The position numbers and the translations under genes were made by a program. From Polyangiales bacterium (GTDB lineage Bacteria > Myxococcota_A > Polyangia > Polyangiales > Ga0077539), in the NCBI GenBank assembly GCA_044229975.1, contig JBGARZ010000015.1, positions 157,525 through 221,524 on the forward strand: a stretch of 64,000 nt of DNA, given 5' to 3'. The notes under the pieces are model-generated. The model did no database searches, had not been told where the DNA came from, and saw only the letters and a program-made list of their open reading frames with translations. Within the stretch, counting starts at the first letter, position 1, and each line of letters begins with the position of its first letter. Of the stretch, positions 36,293 to 47,145 are shown piece after piece.

Positions 36293-36379
36293 GGAGGCGT
36301 GGCCGAGTGGCCGATGGCAGCGGCTTGCTAAGCCGTCGATGGGGAAACTCATCCGTAGGTTCGAATCCTACCGCCTCCG
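36293..36379 (+). tRNA. tRNA-Ser(GCT)
   Basis: Acceptor GGAGGCG/CGCCTCC, D arm GCCGAGTGG, anticodon stem GCGGC/GCCGT with loop TTGCTAA, long variable arm GATGGG-GAAA-CTCATC, T arm GTAGG-TTCGAAT-CCTAC, discriminator G, no encoded CCA. Confidence 0.95.
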
Positions 36380-36406
36380 CAATCTCAATCAGCGAGAGTC
36401 CCTCGC

Positions 36407-36790
36407 GTGCCCTACCGAGAACATCAGTCCGCCACTTCGGGTAATCGTTGGCGGGGATGGCCCATCGTCGCGGGCGTCGCGACGCTGCTGCTCGCGCTGT
36501 GGTTTGCGTCGTCGTCGGCGCTCATCCAGTACTGGCGCGCGACCAACGGCGTCAACGTCTCGCGCATCCCGTTGGACGTGTGGTCCTACGTGCAGGCCCT
36601 GCTCTTCGGCATCGTGGGCGTCGGGGCGCTACGGCGCCGCCCGCGCGCGCAGCCCTGGGTGATGGGCGGCGGCGTCCTCACGATGCTGATGTCGGGTGCC
36701 GCGATGCGCACCAACCGCTACGACGCGGTCGGGGTCGGCCTCGGCCTCGCGATGGTCATCGCGGGCTGGCGCTGGAAGGTCGACGAGTAG
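36407..36790 (+). CDS. Hypothetical small membrane protein
   Basis: About four hydrophobic segments; start uncertain. Confidence 0.55.
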   Translation: MPYREHQSATSGNRWRGWPIVAGVATLLLALWFASSSALIQYWRATNGVNVSRIPLDVWSYVQALLFGIVGVGALRRRPRAQPWVMGGGVLTMLMSGAAMRTNRYDAVGVGLGLAMVIAGWRWKVDE

Positions 36791-36815
36791 GGCGCGCGGC
36801 TTCGTCGAGCCGCTG

Positions 36816-36967
36816 GGCCCCCTCACCGCGCTGCCGCGCGCCCTCACCCCCGCGGAGCGGGGGCAAGGGCTCGGCTCGCCGACAGGTTCGCGCTTGCATG
36901 GCAGGTGTCGAAGCCCTTGCCCCCGCTCCGCGGGGGTGAGGGCGCGCGGCAGCGCGGTGAGGGGGCC
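36816..36967. repeat. Long perfect inverted repeat (family B), REPIN/MITE-like
   Basis: Arms 36816-36871 and 36912-36967 are a perfect 56-bp inverted repeat with a 40-bp spacer; lies between convergent genes. Confidence 0.85.
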
Positions 36968-36982
36968 TTCAGGCCGCGGGAA

Positions 36983-39700
36983 TCACCGCTGACCAAACCC
37001 CCCGCGGAGCTCGAAGCGCTGGCGGGCGCTGCCGAGCGACGGCGTGCGGATGCCCAGCTCGGCGCCCACCGGGAGTCCGTAGCTGCCGAGCGAGCTCGGG
37101 ATGGTAAACGCCGGGATCGGGATCGCCGGCAGCGCGTCGTTGAGCGAGCGCTCGACGTACTGTTGCACGAGCCCGCGCAGACCGGCGGTGAGGCCGTCGC
37201 GCTCGCTCATCGGAATCGACTCGCTCGTGATGGAGACCTTGATCTCGTCGAGTGTCACGCCACCGAAGCGCAGCGAGTTGCCCGAGAGCGTGATGGCCCC
37301 CGACGCGCGCGCCCCGGCGGAGATACGAAACGGCGGGCCCGCGCCGGGGATGGTGAACGCCACCTCCAACGCCCCGAGGTCGAGGTTGATGCGGCCGTCC
37401 GTTCGCAGGAAGGCCACCGGCGGCAGGAGCGCCGTCACCGCGAAGGTCGCGCTCGCGGGCAGCGCCGTGGTGAAGCGCGAGGCGGGCAGCGTCACGTCGA
37501 GCCAGCCGCCGCGCCAGAGCGAGTGCATCGCCTGGTTGAGCACCGCGACGTGCACGGCCACCGTGGCGGGCGTCGAGACCGTGGGCTCGCCCGTGTCGCC
37601 GGGCGGCAGCGCGATGCCGCGGGTGGCGCGCGCGTGGGCGGGCATCGCCGTCGAGAGCAGCGTGCCGAGGCCGAAGCGCAGGCGCGACGCGGTGGCCGAC
37701 ACCGTGGACACGTTGACGCCGAAGCGCAGCGCCGTGGAGCCGGAGCCGTCGAGGCGCGGGACGTTGAAGCTCGCGCCGAGGCTCGACACGTCGAGGCCCG
37801 ACAGCACGCCGTCGAGCACGCGCGAGAAGTTGGTGCTCACGTAGTCGCGCAACGCGTTGGAGACGACGTTGCGCACCGTGCCGTTGGCGAGACTCACCAC
37901 GACGTCGACGATGAAGCCGGTGATGCCCGAGAAGTCCGTCGAGATGCGGCCCACGCTGGTGGTCACCGAGCCCGGGCGAACCACGGCGCGCGGACGGCCC
38001 CCGGAGCTGGAGAGGTCGAAGATCACGCCCACGTCGAGCGAGGCCACGTCGACCCAGCCGGAGGTGCTGAGCGTTCCGCCGACGCGCAGGCGCACGCGGA
38101 TGTTCTCGAAGTGGACGTTGGCCCGCAGGCCGCCCGTCACGAGCGTGAGCGCCGTGGTGTTGGGGCCGTTGAGCTCGCTGCGCTCGTAGTTCACCTCGGA
38201 GCGAAACACGCAGACCCCGAGCACCGTCTGGTCGCACGAGTTGCGCTTCAGGGGGTTGGCCGCGAGCAGCGAACTGTGAAGCTGGTCGCGCAGCCCCTGG
38301 CTGTTGACCACGCGCTGGAGCACGTCGTCGATGGACGTGATGGGCGCCGTGGGGTTGCCGTCGTCGACCGCGTCCTGTCGCAACAACAACTGAACGCCGT
38401 CCGCGAGGTTGGTGGCCTCGGGGTTCCAGCGGTCGCTGAGGAGGAAGGTGCAGGTGCGGGAGTTCTCGCGGCCGCTGGTGTCCGTGGCCGTCACGTCGAC
38501 GAAGTTGATGCCCCAGCGCGCCGTCACGGACGTGCTCACGGTGCCGTTGCCCGCCACCGTCGCGGCGCGGCCGTTGATGGTCACACCGCGGATGCCGGTG
38601 GTGTCCGCGAGGCGCGCCTGGAAGGTCACCGTCGACCCCGGCGTGCCCGTCACCATCGCGCCGTGCGCGGGCCCCACGCACTCGATGGCCGGGCCGCTGG
38701 AGTCGACCACGAAGGACGTGTCCTGCGAGAGCGCGACGCCCCCTTCGGTCATCCCGGTGACGCGCACCGTGACCGTGTAGCGGCCCTCGCGGTCGTAGGT
38801 GAGCAGCGGGCCGGCGACGGCCGTGGCCGCGGGGGCGCTCGTGTACGTGAGCGGCGCGTCGGGGATGCGGTTGCCGTAGCGGTCGGACACCGTCGCCTGA
38901 ATCTCGACGGACGCACCACGCGCGTACGTGGGCATGTCGGGCGAGCGCGAGATCACGAGCGACGCCGGGAGGTTGGGGTTGACCGTGAGCGGGACGCCGG
39001 TGCCGGTGGTTCCGGGGACCACGCAGGTCGCGGTGTACATGCCCGCGCGCTCGACGGTGGCGCGCAGCCCGGCGACGGTGGCGCCCATGCCCGACGGGTC
39101 GACGCGCAGCGTCGCGGTGGTCTCGCCCGCGATGGTGTTGCCGAAGGCGTCGGTGACCGCGCAGGTGGCGTTGGCCGACTCGCCCGCGGCGATGGTGGAG
39201 CGGTCGAGCATGGTGACGACCCGCGCGGGCGCGCCCGGCGTGATGCGGAAGCGCGCGGGGGAGCCGTCGCGGAGAGACAGCGTCGGGAAGGCGCAGGCCA
39301 CGGTGACGTCGCCCGCGCGCAGGGCGGTGGCGCGGCCAGACTCCACGCGCACGGCGTCGGCGGGGACGAAGAAGAAGGTCGGCTCCAGCCCCGTGGGCGT
39401 AGGCACCTCGGTGCCGAACTGGTCGCGCAGCACGCAGGTGACGGCGATGGTGTCGCCCGCGGGCACCGTCGCAGCGGTGGACGTGTCGACGTTTGCTGGT
39501 GGGCCGAACACCGGCACATCGACCGGCGGCTGTACATCGACGGTGCCGACGTCGGCGGTGAAGCCCGCGTCGTGGTCGGCGTCCACGGTGCCAGCGTCCT
39601 CACCGGGCGTCGCCGTGGTGCTCGTGTCCGTGTTGGCGCACGCGTAGAGAAACACCGGCAGCGCGCAGAGGCGCAGGAGATGAAACAGTCGTTGGCCCAT
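36983..39700 (-). CDS. Large lipoprotein with several Ig-like domains and a beta-rich C-terminal domain
   Basis: Lipobox LYAC; repeated (D)xFGN/DRYGN Ig-like motifs; WGINFVDVTATD. Confidence 0.75.
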   Translation of the reverse strand: MGQRLFHLLRLCALPVFLYACANTDTSTTATPGEDAGTVDADHDAGFTADVGTVDVQPPVDVPVFGPPANVDTSTAATVPAGDTIAVTCVLRDQFGTEVPTPTGLEPTFFFVPADAVRVESGRATALRAGDVTVACAFPTLSLRDGSPARFRITPGAPARVVTMLDRSTIAAGESANATCAVTDAFGNTIAGETTATLRVDPSGMGATVAGLRATVERAGMYTATCVVPGTTGTGVPLTVNPNLPASLVISRSPDMPTYARGASVEIQATVSDRYGNRIPDAPLTYTSAPAATAVAGPLLTYDREGRYTVTVRVTGMTEGGVALSQDTSFVVDSSGPAIECVGPAHGAMVTGTPGSTVTFQARLADTTGIRGVTINGRAATVAGNGTVSTSVTARWGINFVDVTATDTSGRENSRTCTFLLSDRWNPEATNLADGVQLLLRQDAVDDGNPTAPITSIDDVLQRVVNSQGLRDQLHSSLLAANPLKRNSCDQTVLGVCVFRSEVNYERSELNGPNTTALTLVTGGLRANVHFENIRVRLRVGGTLSTSGWVDVASLDVGVIFDLSSSGGRPRAVVRPGSVTTSVGRISTDFSGITGFIVDVVVSLANGTVRNVVSNALRDYVSTNFSRVLDGVLSGLDVSSLGASFNVPRLDGSGSTALRFGVNVSTVSATASRLRFGLGTLLSTAMPAHARATRGIALPPGDTGEPTVSTPATVAVHVAVLNQAMHSLWRGGWLDVTLPASRFTTALPASATFAVTALLPPVAFLRTDGRINLDLGALEVAFTIPGAGPPFRISAGARASGAITLSGNSLRFGGVTLDEIKVSITSESIPMSERDGLTAGLRGLVQQYVERSLNDALPAIPIPAFTIPSSLGSYGLPVGAELGIRTPSLGSARQRFELRGGFGQR

Positions 39701-39802
39701 GGCAGCGGGGACCATGCAACAGAACGCCGCCCGCGGCCAAGGGACGCCCGGGCGCTCGGTCAGCGCTTGCCGCCGCGCCGCGGGGTCGTGCTAGGCAGCC
39801 GC

Positions 39803-40954
39803 GTGCTCGGCCGCGCTCGTCGACTCCTGCCGCTCCCCTGTGCGTTGGCGCTCGTCGCGGGGTGTGGGCCCGATCGTTCGCTCGCGCCGCTTCCCCCGCT
39901 GACCTTTCCGCGGCCGACGGTGACCTGGGTGCGCGGCGACGACCCCCGCCTGCGCGTCGAGGGCCGCTGGGTCGCCTCGGCCAACGGCCCGCGCTTCGCC
40001 TGGCCGGCGTCGACGGTGCACCTGCGGTTTCGCGGTCGAACCCTCGACGTGCGCCTGCGCGACACCCTCACCGACGACCTCGTCCGCGACCACGACGCCG
40101 TCGGCGTCTTCATCGACGGGGCCTTCGCGCGCCGCCTCACGCTGCGCGAGGGCTCGGCCGAGTATCGCGTCGCGATGCGCCTGCCGCTGCGCGAGCACAC
40201 CGTCGCACTGGTGAAGCTCACCGAAGCCGAAGCCGGAACCGTCACCCTCGAAGGCGTCGCCACCGACGGCCCGCTGGAGAGCGCTCCGCCGCCGCACCCG
40301 CATCGGCTGCTCGTGATCGGCGACTCCATCATGGCGGGCTACGGCGTCGACGGGCCCGCCGGGTGTCACTACGACGCGACCTTCGCCAACGCCGCGCGCT
40401 CGTGCGCCTCGCTCGCCGCCCGGGGTCTCGGCGCCGAGCTGCACCTCGTCGCGTGGTCGGGCCGCGGCGTCGTGCTCAACAACAACGTCCTCTCCGACGC
40501 GACCATGCCCGAGCTCATGGGACGCACGCTCCCGGCCGATCGCACGTCGGTCTTCGATCCGCGCTCCTACGTCCCCGACGCCGTCGTCGTGAACCTCGGA
40601 ACCAACGACCTCACGCGCCCCGAGCACGACCCGGTGGTGTTCGCGGCGGCGTACCGTCGACTGCTCGATCGGCTGCGCGCCGACTACCCTCGGGCGCGCC
40701 TCGTGGTGGCGCTGGGCCCGCTCATCACCGACGACGACCCGACGCCGGGGACGGGGCGCCTCAGGGCCATGCGCGCGCTGCTCCAGGGCATCATCGACGA
40801 GCGCCACCAGCACGGCGACGCCAACGTCCGACTGCTGGAGATGTCATCGGGCGATCTCGCGGCGGAGGGCTGCGGCTGCGATCAGCACCCGAGCGCGCTC
40901 ACCCACGCGCGCCTCGCCGGCGTGCTGGAGCAGTCACTGTCCGACGCCTGGTAG
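39803..40954 (+). CDS. SGNH/GDSL hydrolase lipoprotein (CE2 acetylesterase-like)
   Basis: Lipobox VAGC; KLTEA, IGDSIMAGYG, AWSGRG, NLGTND, DQHPS. Confidence 0.85.
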   Translation: MLGRARRLLPLPCALALVAGCGPDRSLAPLPPLTFPRPTVTWVRGDDPRLRVEGRWVASANGPRFAWPASTVHLRFRGRTLDVRLRDTLTDDLVRDHDAVGVFIDGAFARRLTLREGSAEYRVAMRLPLREHTVALVKLTEAEAGTVTLEGVATDGPLESAPPPHPHRLLVIGDSIMAGYGVDGPAGCHYDATFANAARSCASLAARGLGAELHLVAWSGRGVVLNNNVLSDATMPELMGRTLPADRTSVFDPRSYVPDAVVVNLGTNDLTRPEHDPVVFAAAYRRLLDRLRADYPRARLVVALGPLITDDDPTPGTGRLRAMRALLQGIIDERHQHGDANVRLLEMSSGDLAAEGCGCDQHPSALTHARLAGVLEQSLSDAW

Positions 40955-43366
40955 CGCCCGCGGCGGGACGACCATCCGCCCGTCGTTGTCGCGGTCGATG
41001 TAGCGCGGGCTCGTGAAGCCGATGGCTCGCGCGTTCGGGTACGGCAGCACGTCGGGCAGCGGCGCAGCGGCCTCGGCCCACGCCATGAGCACCGCGTCCG
41101 CCGCCAGCGGAACCGTCGTCGTCGCCTCGAAGCGCACGCCGTCCGTCGCGGGCGCGGTCACCGTCCAGCGCTGCACCACCACGTCGTCGCGCCACAGCTC
41201 CACGCGCTCGACCGGGACCCACGCGGGCGCCGTCACGCGCACCCGCACCTCGGCCTCGTCGCGGCGCACCCGGCCGATGGTCTCCAGCGTCACGAAGGGC
41301 CCCGAGCTCAGCGTCGTGTCGCCGCGCCGCAGCGCCTCCATCACCCGCGTCGTCAGCGTCTCCGCCGGGCCCTCGCCAACGTGCACCCACGTCCGCGGAT
41401 AGCCCGCCTCTTCGTACACGAGACGATGCGAGTCGCTGTTGCCGGTGGCCGTCACGCGCATCCCGCGGCGCGCGAGACCGACGAGGTCCATCGCCCCTTC
41501 GCGCACCTTCGCGGGCGTCTCCAGCCAGATGCCGTTGAAGGCCTCCACGGCATCGAAGCCCTCCGCGAAGGACCCATCGGCGCGACCCGTCGCCGCGTCG
41601 AAGTGCGTGAGGTCGAAGTACCCGATGTTGGGCGGCATGCGGGGGTGGTTCACCTGGAGGATGGTCGCGCCCGCCGCGCGCGCCGCCGCGAAGAGGTGCT
41701 GCGGGTCGACCCCGTAGTACGCAGGCGCTGCGTCTTCGGGCGCGGTGGTTCCGGTGACCGTCGGCAGCGGGAAGGCGTTGAAGTGCCCCCACAGCGGAGT
41801 GCCCGCGCTGGTGACCTCGTCGCCGACGACGGTGGTGAGCACGGCGTCGAGACCCTGGCGGTGCACCGCGGCGGTGTAGTCGGTGATGCGGTTGTGGTCG
41901 GTGGCCACCGCGAAGCGCACGCCGTTGCAGGCGAGGGAGGCCACGCGCTCGTCGAGGGTCACCCGCGAGTCGGGCGACGGGGTGGCGTGGAGGTGGAAGT
42001 CCGCGGCGATCCAACCGGCCTCGACCACGGGGCGCAGCGTCGCGCGCACGTCCTTCGCTTCGCCCGCGGCGAAGGTCACGGTGCTCTCGTGCAGCGTCCA
42101 GCCGGGGCCGCGCGAGGCGGTGATGCGGTACGTCCCAGGCGCGAGGCGCACCTCTCCTTCGCCGCTGAGCAGGTACACCGAACGCCCCGACGCATGGCCC
42201 CGCGCGGGCGCTCGCAGCACGGGCCGCGGCTCGTCGCCGCCCACCGCCGCGAACATCACATGCACCGGCACGCCTGCGCCCAGCGCGTCGGAGAAGGCGA
42301 AGCGCACCGTCGCTCGCGGTCCCTCGGCCACGGTCACCTCGCGCGCCCCCATCGTCGGCTGCGCCCCCAGCGGAACCACCGCCCCCACGATGCCATCACC
42401 ATCCCGCAGCCGCAGCGCAGCACCGAGCCCGGTCGGCAGTACCAGATGCGTTCGCTGGGGGAGGGGACCGAGCACCACCGCGCCCGCTTCGTCGACGAGC
42501 TCGATGGTCGCGTTGTCGGGTGCGTGGAGGTCGATGGTCTGCGCGCGCTCGGCGGGCGTCACCCGTTGCAGCGCGTCGAGGAGGTTGCCGTCGAGCACGG
42601 TGAGTTGCCGCTCGCTCGTCGCCCCCGACGCGAGCCACGTCACCGCCGCCGGGAAGGTCTCGCCCGCGATGTGAACGAGCGGTCGCCGTGCATCGCTCGT
42701 TTCGGCCGACTCGAAGAGCAGCACTGTTCCGTGCTCGGCGAGCGCCACCCAGCGCGACGAGGTGGTGCCTTCCCAGCCTTCGCCGCGGCCCTCGACGAGC
42801 ACCGACGCGCTGCCCGGGTTGATGTCGTCGCCGAGCGTCGCACCCGCGGGGAGGTTCGTCGCCGTGGTGCTCACCCGGTAGCGCCCGCGACCCAGCGCGC
42901 ACAGCCGGCTGCGGAGCGTGACGCCGTCGACGTTGGCCTCGCGCATGAGCCCGAGCGAGCGGTCGGGGCAGCGGGTCTCGCTCACCGTGGCGCCGACGAG
43001 CGGGTGCGATCGCTGCTCGCTGTCGACCCACACGGGGCGCCACCAGAGCAGCGGGTCGGGGCGGTCGTCGGTGGTGCGGCGCACGTCGAGAACGGCGCCC
43101 TGGAGCGGCCGATGACCCGCCCCATCGGGGACGGTGGCGAAGGTGAGGCGCAGGCCGTCGGCGGTGACGAGCTCGCGGTCGCCCGTTCGGCCGAAGGCGT
43201 GGTCGGCGCGGCGGTGCGCGGAGAGCGTCTCGATGCGCGTCCACGTCGGCGCGCGACCGTGGTGGGCGCGGCGTCGTCGGTGGCAGCCCGTGACACTGCC
43301 GAGTGAGGCGAGCGAGAGCGCGGCCAGGAGAACCGTGGAGAGTCGGCGGGGTCGCGGTGCGCGCAT
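40934..43366 (-). CDS. CehA/McbA-family (PHP-like) metallohydrolase lipoprotein
   Basis: ADFHLHA, ATDHN, GHFNAFP, VNHPR, GNSDSH; lipobox VTGC. Confidence 0.82.
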   Translation of the reverse strand: MRAPRPRRLSTVLLAALSLASLGSVTGCHRRRRAHHGRAPTWTRIETLSAHRRADHAFGRTGDRELVTADGLRLTFATVPDGAGHRPLQGAVLDVRRTTDDRPDPLLWWRPVWVDSEQRSHPLVGATVSETRCPDRSLGLMREANVDGVTLRSRLCALGRGRYRVSTTATNLPAGATLGDDINPGSASVLVEGRGEGWEGTTSSRWVALAEHGTVLLFESAETSDARRPLVHIAGETFPAAVTWLASGATSERQLTVLDGNLLDALQRVTPAERAQTIDLHAPDNATIELVDEAGAVVLGPLPQRTHLVLPTGLGAALRLRDGDGIVGAVVPLGAQPTMGAREVTVAEGPRATVRFAFSDALGAGVPVHVMFAAVGGDEPRPVLRAPARGHASGRSVYLLSGEGEVRLAPGTYRITASRGPGWTLHESTVTFAAGEAKDVRATLRPVVEAGWIAADFHLHATPSPDSRVTLDERVASLACNGVRFAVATDHNRITDYTAAVHRQGLDAVLTTVVGDEVTSAGTPLWGHFNAFPLPTVTGTTAPEDAAPAYYGVDPQHLFAAARAAGATILQVNHPRMPPNIGYFDLTHFDAATGRADGSFAEGFDAVEAFNGIWLETPAKVREGAMDLVGLARRGMRVTATGNSDSHRLVYEEAGYPRTWVHVGEGPAETLTTRVMEALRRGDTTLSSGPFVTLETIGRVRRDEAEVRVRVTAPAWVPVERVELWRDDVVVQRWTVTAPATDGVRFEATTTVPLAADAVLMAWAEAAAPLPDVLPYPNARAIGFTSPRYIDRDNDGRMVVPPRALPGVGQ

Positions 43367-43456
43367 GGGTGACCGGGTGCCTACCAGAGTACGGGACCGC
43401 CCCGGAAGGGTCGTTGGACTCTCCCGCGCGATCGTTGTACTCGCCCGAGCACCCTC

Positions 43457-44545
43457 ATGGCGGACCGTCCCTCGCTGTCGCTCTGCGCGCTGCTCGCGGC
43501 CCTCGGCTGCGCGCCCGAGCTCAAGCCGGGCACCGACCGCGCGGACGCCATGGTCGTCGCAGACACCCCGGTGGCGGACGTCGTTCGTGACGTGGTCGTC
43601 GACCTGCCGCGCGACGCAGGGACGGTCGCCGACGTGGCGGTGGACGTGCCCGTCGCCTCGACGACCCAGACCTCGTGCCCGACGCCGAGCGAGCTCGGGT
43701 GCGGCATGGTGGAGATCGCGGGCGGCACCTTCACGATGGGGGCAGTGGCCTCACCGCGCACGACGTTGGGCTCGCCCGAGCAGCCGCTCATCTCCGTCGA
43801 TGCCTTTGCCCTCGACGCCTACGAGGTGACCGTCGCGCGCTTCCGTCGCTACTGGACCCTCGCCCCGCACGGCGCCGCGGTGGGAACCATCCGTTATCCC
43901 GGCGCGATGGTGCGCGTGGTCGACCCGCCGCGCGAGCCCGACGTCGAGGTCACCGGCGAGCCCTGCAACTGGACCGCCGCGACGGGCACGCGCGAGCTGC
44001 ACCCGATCAACTGCGTCGACTGGGCGACGGCGCAGGCGTTCTGCGTGTGGGACGGCGGCCGGCTGCCGACCGAGGCGGAGTGGGAGTACGCCGCGCGCGG
44101 TCGGTCGATCGGCGGACTCGCCGCGGGGCGCACGTACCCGTGGGGCGAGGAAGACCCCACCACCTCCTGCGATCGCGCTCGCTGGAACCAGTTTCGTTGC
44201 GCGGGCGAGGACGGCGCGCAGACCCGCCGCGTGGGCCGCTTCACGCCGACGCCAGACCTCGCGGGGTCGCGCCTCTTCGACCTCGCGGGCAACGTCTACG
44301 AGTGGTCCGCGGACAACCTCGTCGACTACGCGATCACCAAGGGCGCCAACTGCTGGGGAGCCCTCGCGGCCGGGCGCCGCAACCCCGTCTGCGACGTCGA
44401 CCCGCGCGGCCCGCGCACCCTCCGCGGCGGGTCCTGGTACTACGACAACCGCGAGACGCTCGCGAGCGCGTCGCGGACGGGCGTCAACCCCGGCGGCACG
44501 CTGCGGCTCATCGGCGCGGGCCTGCGCTGCGCGCGGAGCCGGTGA
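43457..44545 (+). CDS. FGE-sulfatase domain lipoprotein
   Basis: Lipobox LGC; GGTFTMG, HPINCV, RLPTEAEWEYAARG, DLAGNVYEW, RGGSW, GLRCAR. Confidence 0.88.
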   Translation: MADRPSLSLCALLAALGCAPELKPGTDRADAMVVADTPVADVVRDVVVDLPRDAGTVADVAVDVPVASTTQTSCPTPSELGCGMVEIAGGTFTMGAVASPRTTLGSPEQPLISVDAFALDAYEVTVARFRRYWTLAPHGAAVGTIRYPGAMVRVVDPPREPDVEVTGEPCNWTAATGTRELHPINCVDWATAQAFCVWDGGRLPTEAEWEYAARGRSIGGLAAGRTYPWGEEDPTTSCDRARWNQFRCAGEDGAQTRRVGRFTPTPDLAGSRLFDLAGNVYEWSADNLVDYAITKGANCWGALAAGRRNPVCDVDPRGPRTLRGGSWYYDNRETLASASRTGVNPGGTLRLIGAGLRCARSR

Positions 44546-44591
44546 CGTCGTGCGACCCGATGCCCCTCGTGTAGACTCCGCGGCGCTCCCG

Positions 44592-45941
<1,350 letters not shown>

Positions 45942-45958
45942 AGGGCTCACGGTTCAAG

Positions 45959-46116
45959 GCTGTTGCGCCCGGCCGCCGCGGGTTGGAAACCCACGGCAGC
46001 CAAGGTGAAGTCCGCCAGGCGGACTGCCCAATGTCCACGCACAGTGCCCAGCCCGCGACGCGGGCTTTCCCTTGGCTGCCGTGGGTTTCCAACCCGCGGC
46101 GGCCGGGCGCAGCGGC
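45959..46116. repeat. REP/REPIN-like inverted-repeat doublet, family A copy 2
   Basis: Arms GCGCCCGGCCGCCGCGGGTTGGAAACCCACGGCAGCCAAGG and its reverse complement; homologous to 13566-13718. Confidence 0.85.
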
Positions 46117-46134
46117 GCTGTGAGAACGGTGTCG

Positions 46135-47145
46135 ATGAAGCACACGCTCTCGTGGGCGCTGGCGGGGCTGCTGCTCGCGTCGTCGGTGAGCGCGCAGACG
46201 CGCAACGACCGCGCGCTCATCGAGCAGGGCCGAACGCTCCGCCGGGCAGGTCGCAACGCCGCCGCGCTGGAGGTGTTTCGCGAGGCGTACGCGATGAACC
46301 CGACGCCCGAGGCCGCGGGGCAGATTGGCTTCGCGGAGCACGCGCTGGAGCACTGGGGACCGGCGTCGAGGTTTCTGCGCGCGGCGCTCGGGACGCCGGC
46401 TGATCCGTGGGTGGTGGCGCAGCGGCGGGCGTTGGAGTTCTCGTTGTCGGAGGTCGACCATCACCTGGGCTCGCTGCGCGTGGAGAGCGGGACACCGGGC
46501 GCGACGATCACGCTCGACGGCGAGCCCGCGGGCGCGCTGCCGATGGCGGCGGCGATGCGCGTGGCAGCGGGTCCGGTGGTGCTGGAGACGCGCGCGGCGG
46601 GCTACGTGACCGATCGCCGCGAGGTGACCATCGCCGCGGGGGAGACGGTGCGCGTGGTGGTGCAGCTCGCGCCCGCGACGACGGCGCCGACCGTGACGCC
46701 GACCGTGACGCCGACCGTGACGCCGACCGTGACGCCGACGGTGGTCGAGCCGCGGGTGGTGGTGGTGCCCGTAGCGACGCCCGCACCAGTGGCCGCCGCG
46801 GGGACCAACGTGACGCGGGTGCTGGGCTGGGTGTCGCTGGGCTTCGCGGTGGCGGCGGCGGGCGGTGGCGTGGCGGCGATGGTGGTGCGCGACGGCGCAG
46901 GCGAGCGATGGAACGACGACGCGCGCTGCCTCACGGGTGGCCGCACGCGCGAGCAGAACTGCGGCGACGACCGGGCGCTGGTGTCGACGGCGCACGACCT
47001 GATGGTGGGGGCCTACGTGGCGGGCGGAGTGCTCGCGGTGGGGGCGGCGGTGTTGTTCATCGCGGCGCCGTCGTCGCGTGAGAGCGCGCCGCGGGTGAGC
47101 GTCGGCATCGGGCCGGGCGGCGTGTCGGTGAGCGGTCGGTTCTGA
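46135..47145 (+). CDS. TPR + PEGA domain protein with C-terminal TM hairpin
   Basis: Signal peptide, TPR-like helices, PGATITLDG PEGA motif, (PTVT)n linker, C-terminal SVSGRF. Confidence 0.85.
   Translation: MKHTLSWALAGLLLASSVSAQTRNDRALIEQGRTLRRAGRNAAALEVFREAYAMNPTPEAAGQIGFAEHALEHWGPASRFLRAALGTPADPWVVAQRRALEFSLSEVDHHLGSLRVESGTPGATITLDGEPAGALPMAAAMRVAAGPVVLETRAAGYVTDRREVTIAAGETVRVVVQLAPATTAPTVTPTVTPTVTPTVTPTVVEPRVVVVPVATPAPVAAAGTNVTRVLGWVSLGFAVAAAGGGVAAMVVRDGAGERWNDDARCLTGGRTREQNCGDDRALVSTAHDLMVGAYVAGGVLAVGAAVLFIAAPSSRESAPRVSVGIGPGGVSVSGRF
46687..46743 (+). repeat. 12-bp tandem repeat CCGACCGTGACG (x4 plus partial) encoding PTVT
   Basis: Directly visible in the sequence. Confidence 0.9.

Noticed and set aside
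36291..36662. ORFs overlapping the tRNA
   Set aside because: The tRNA-Ser cloverleaf explains the region.
36905..39790. N-terminal ~960 aa of the 1349-aa + strand ORF
   Set aside because: Antisense shadow of the Ig-repeat lipoprotein; only the SGNH part from ~39803 looks real.
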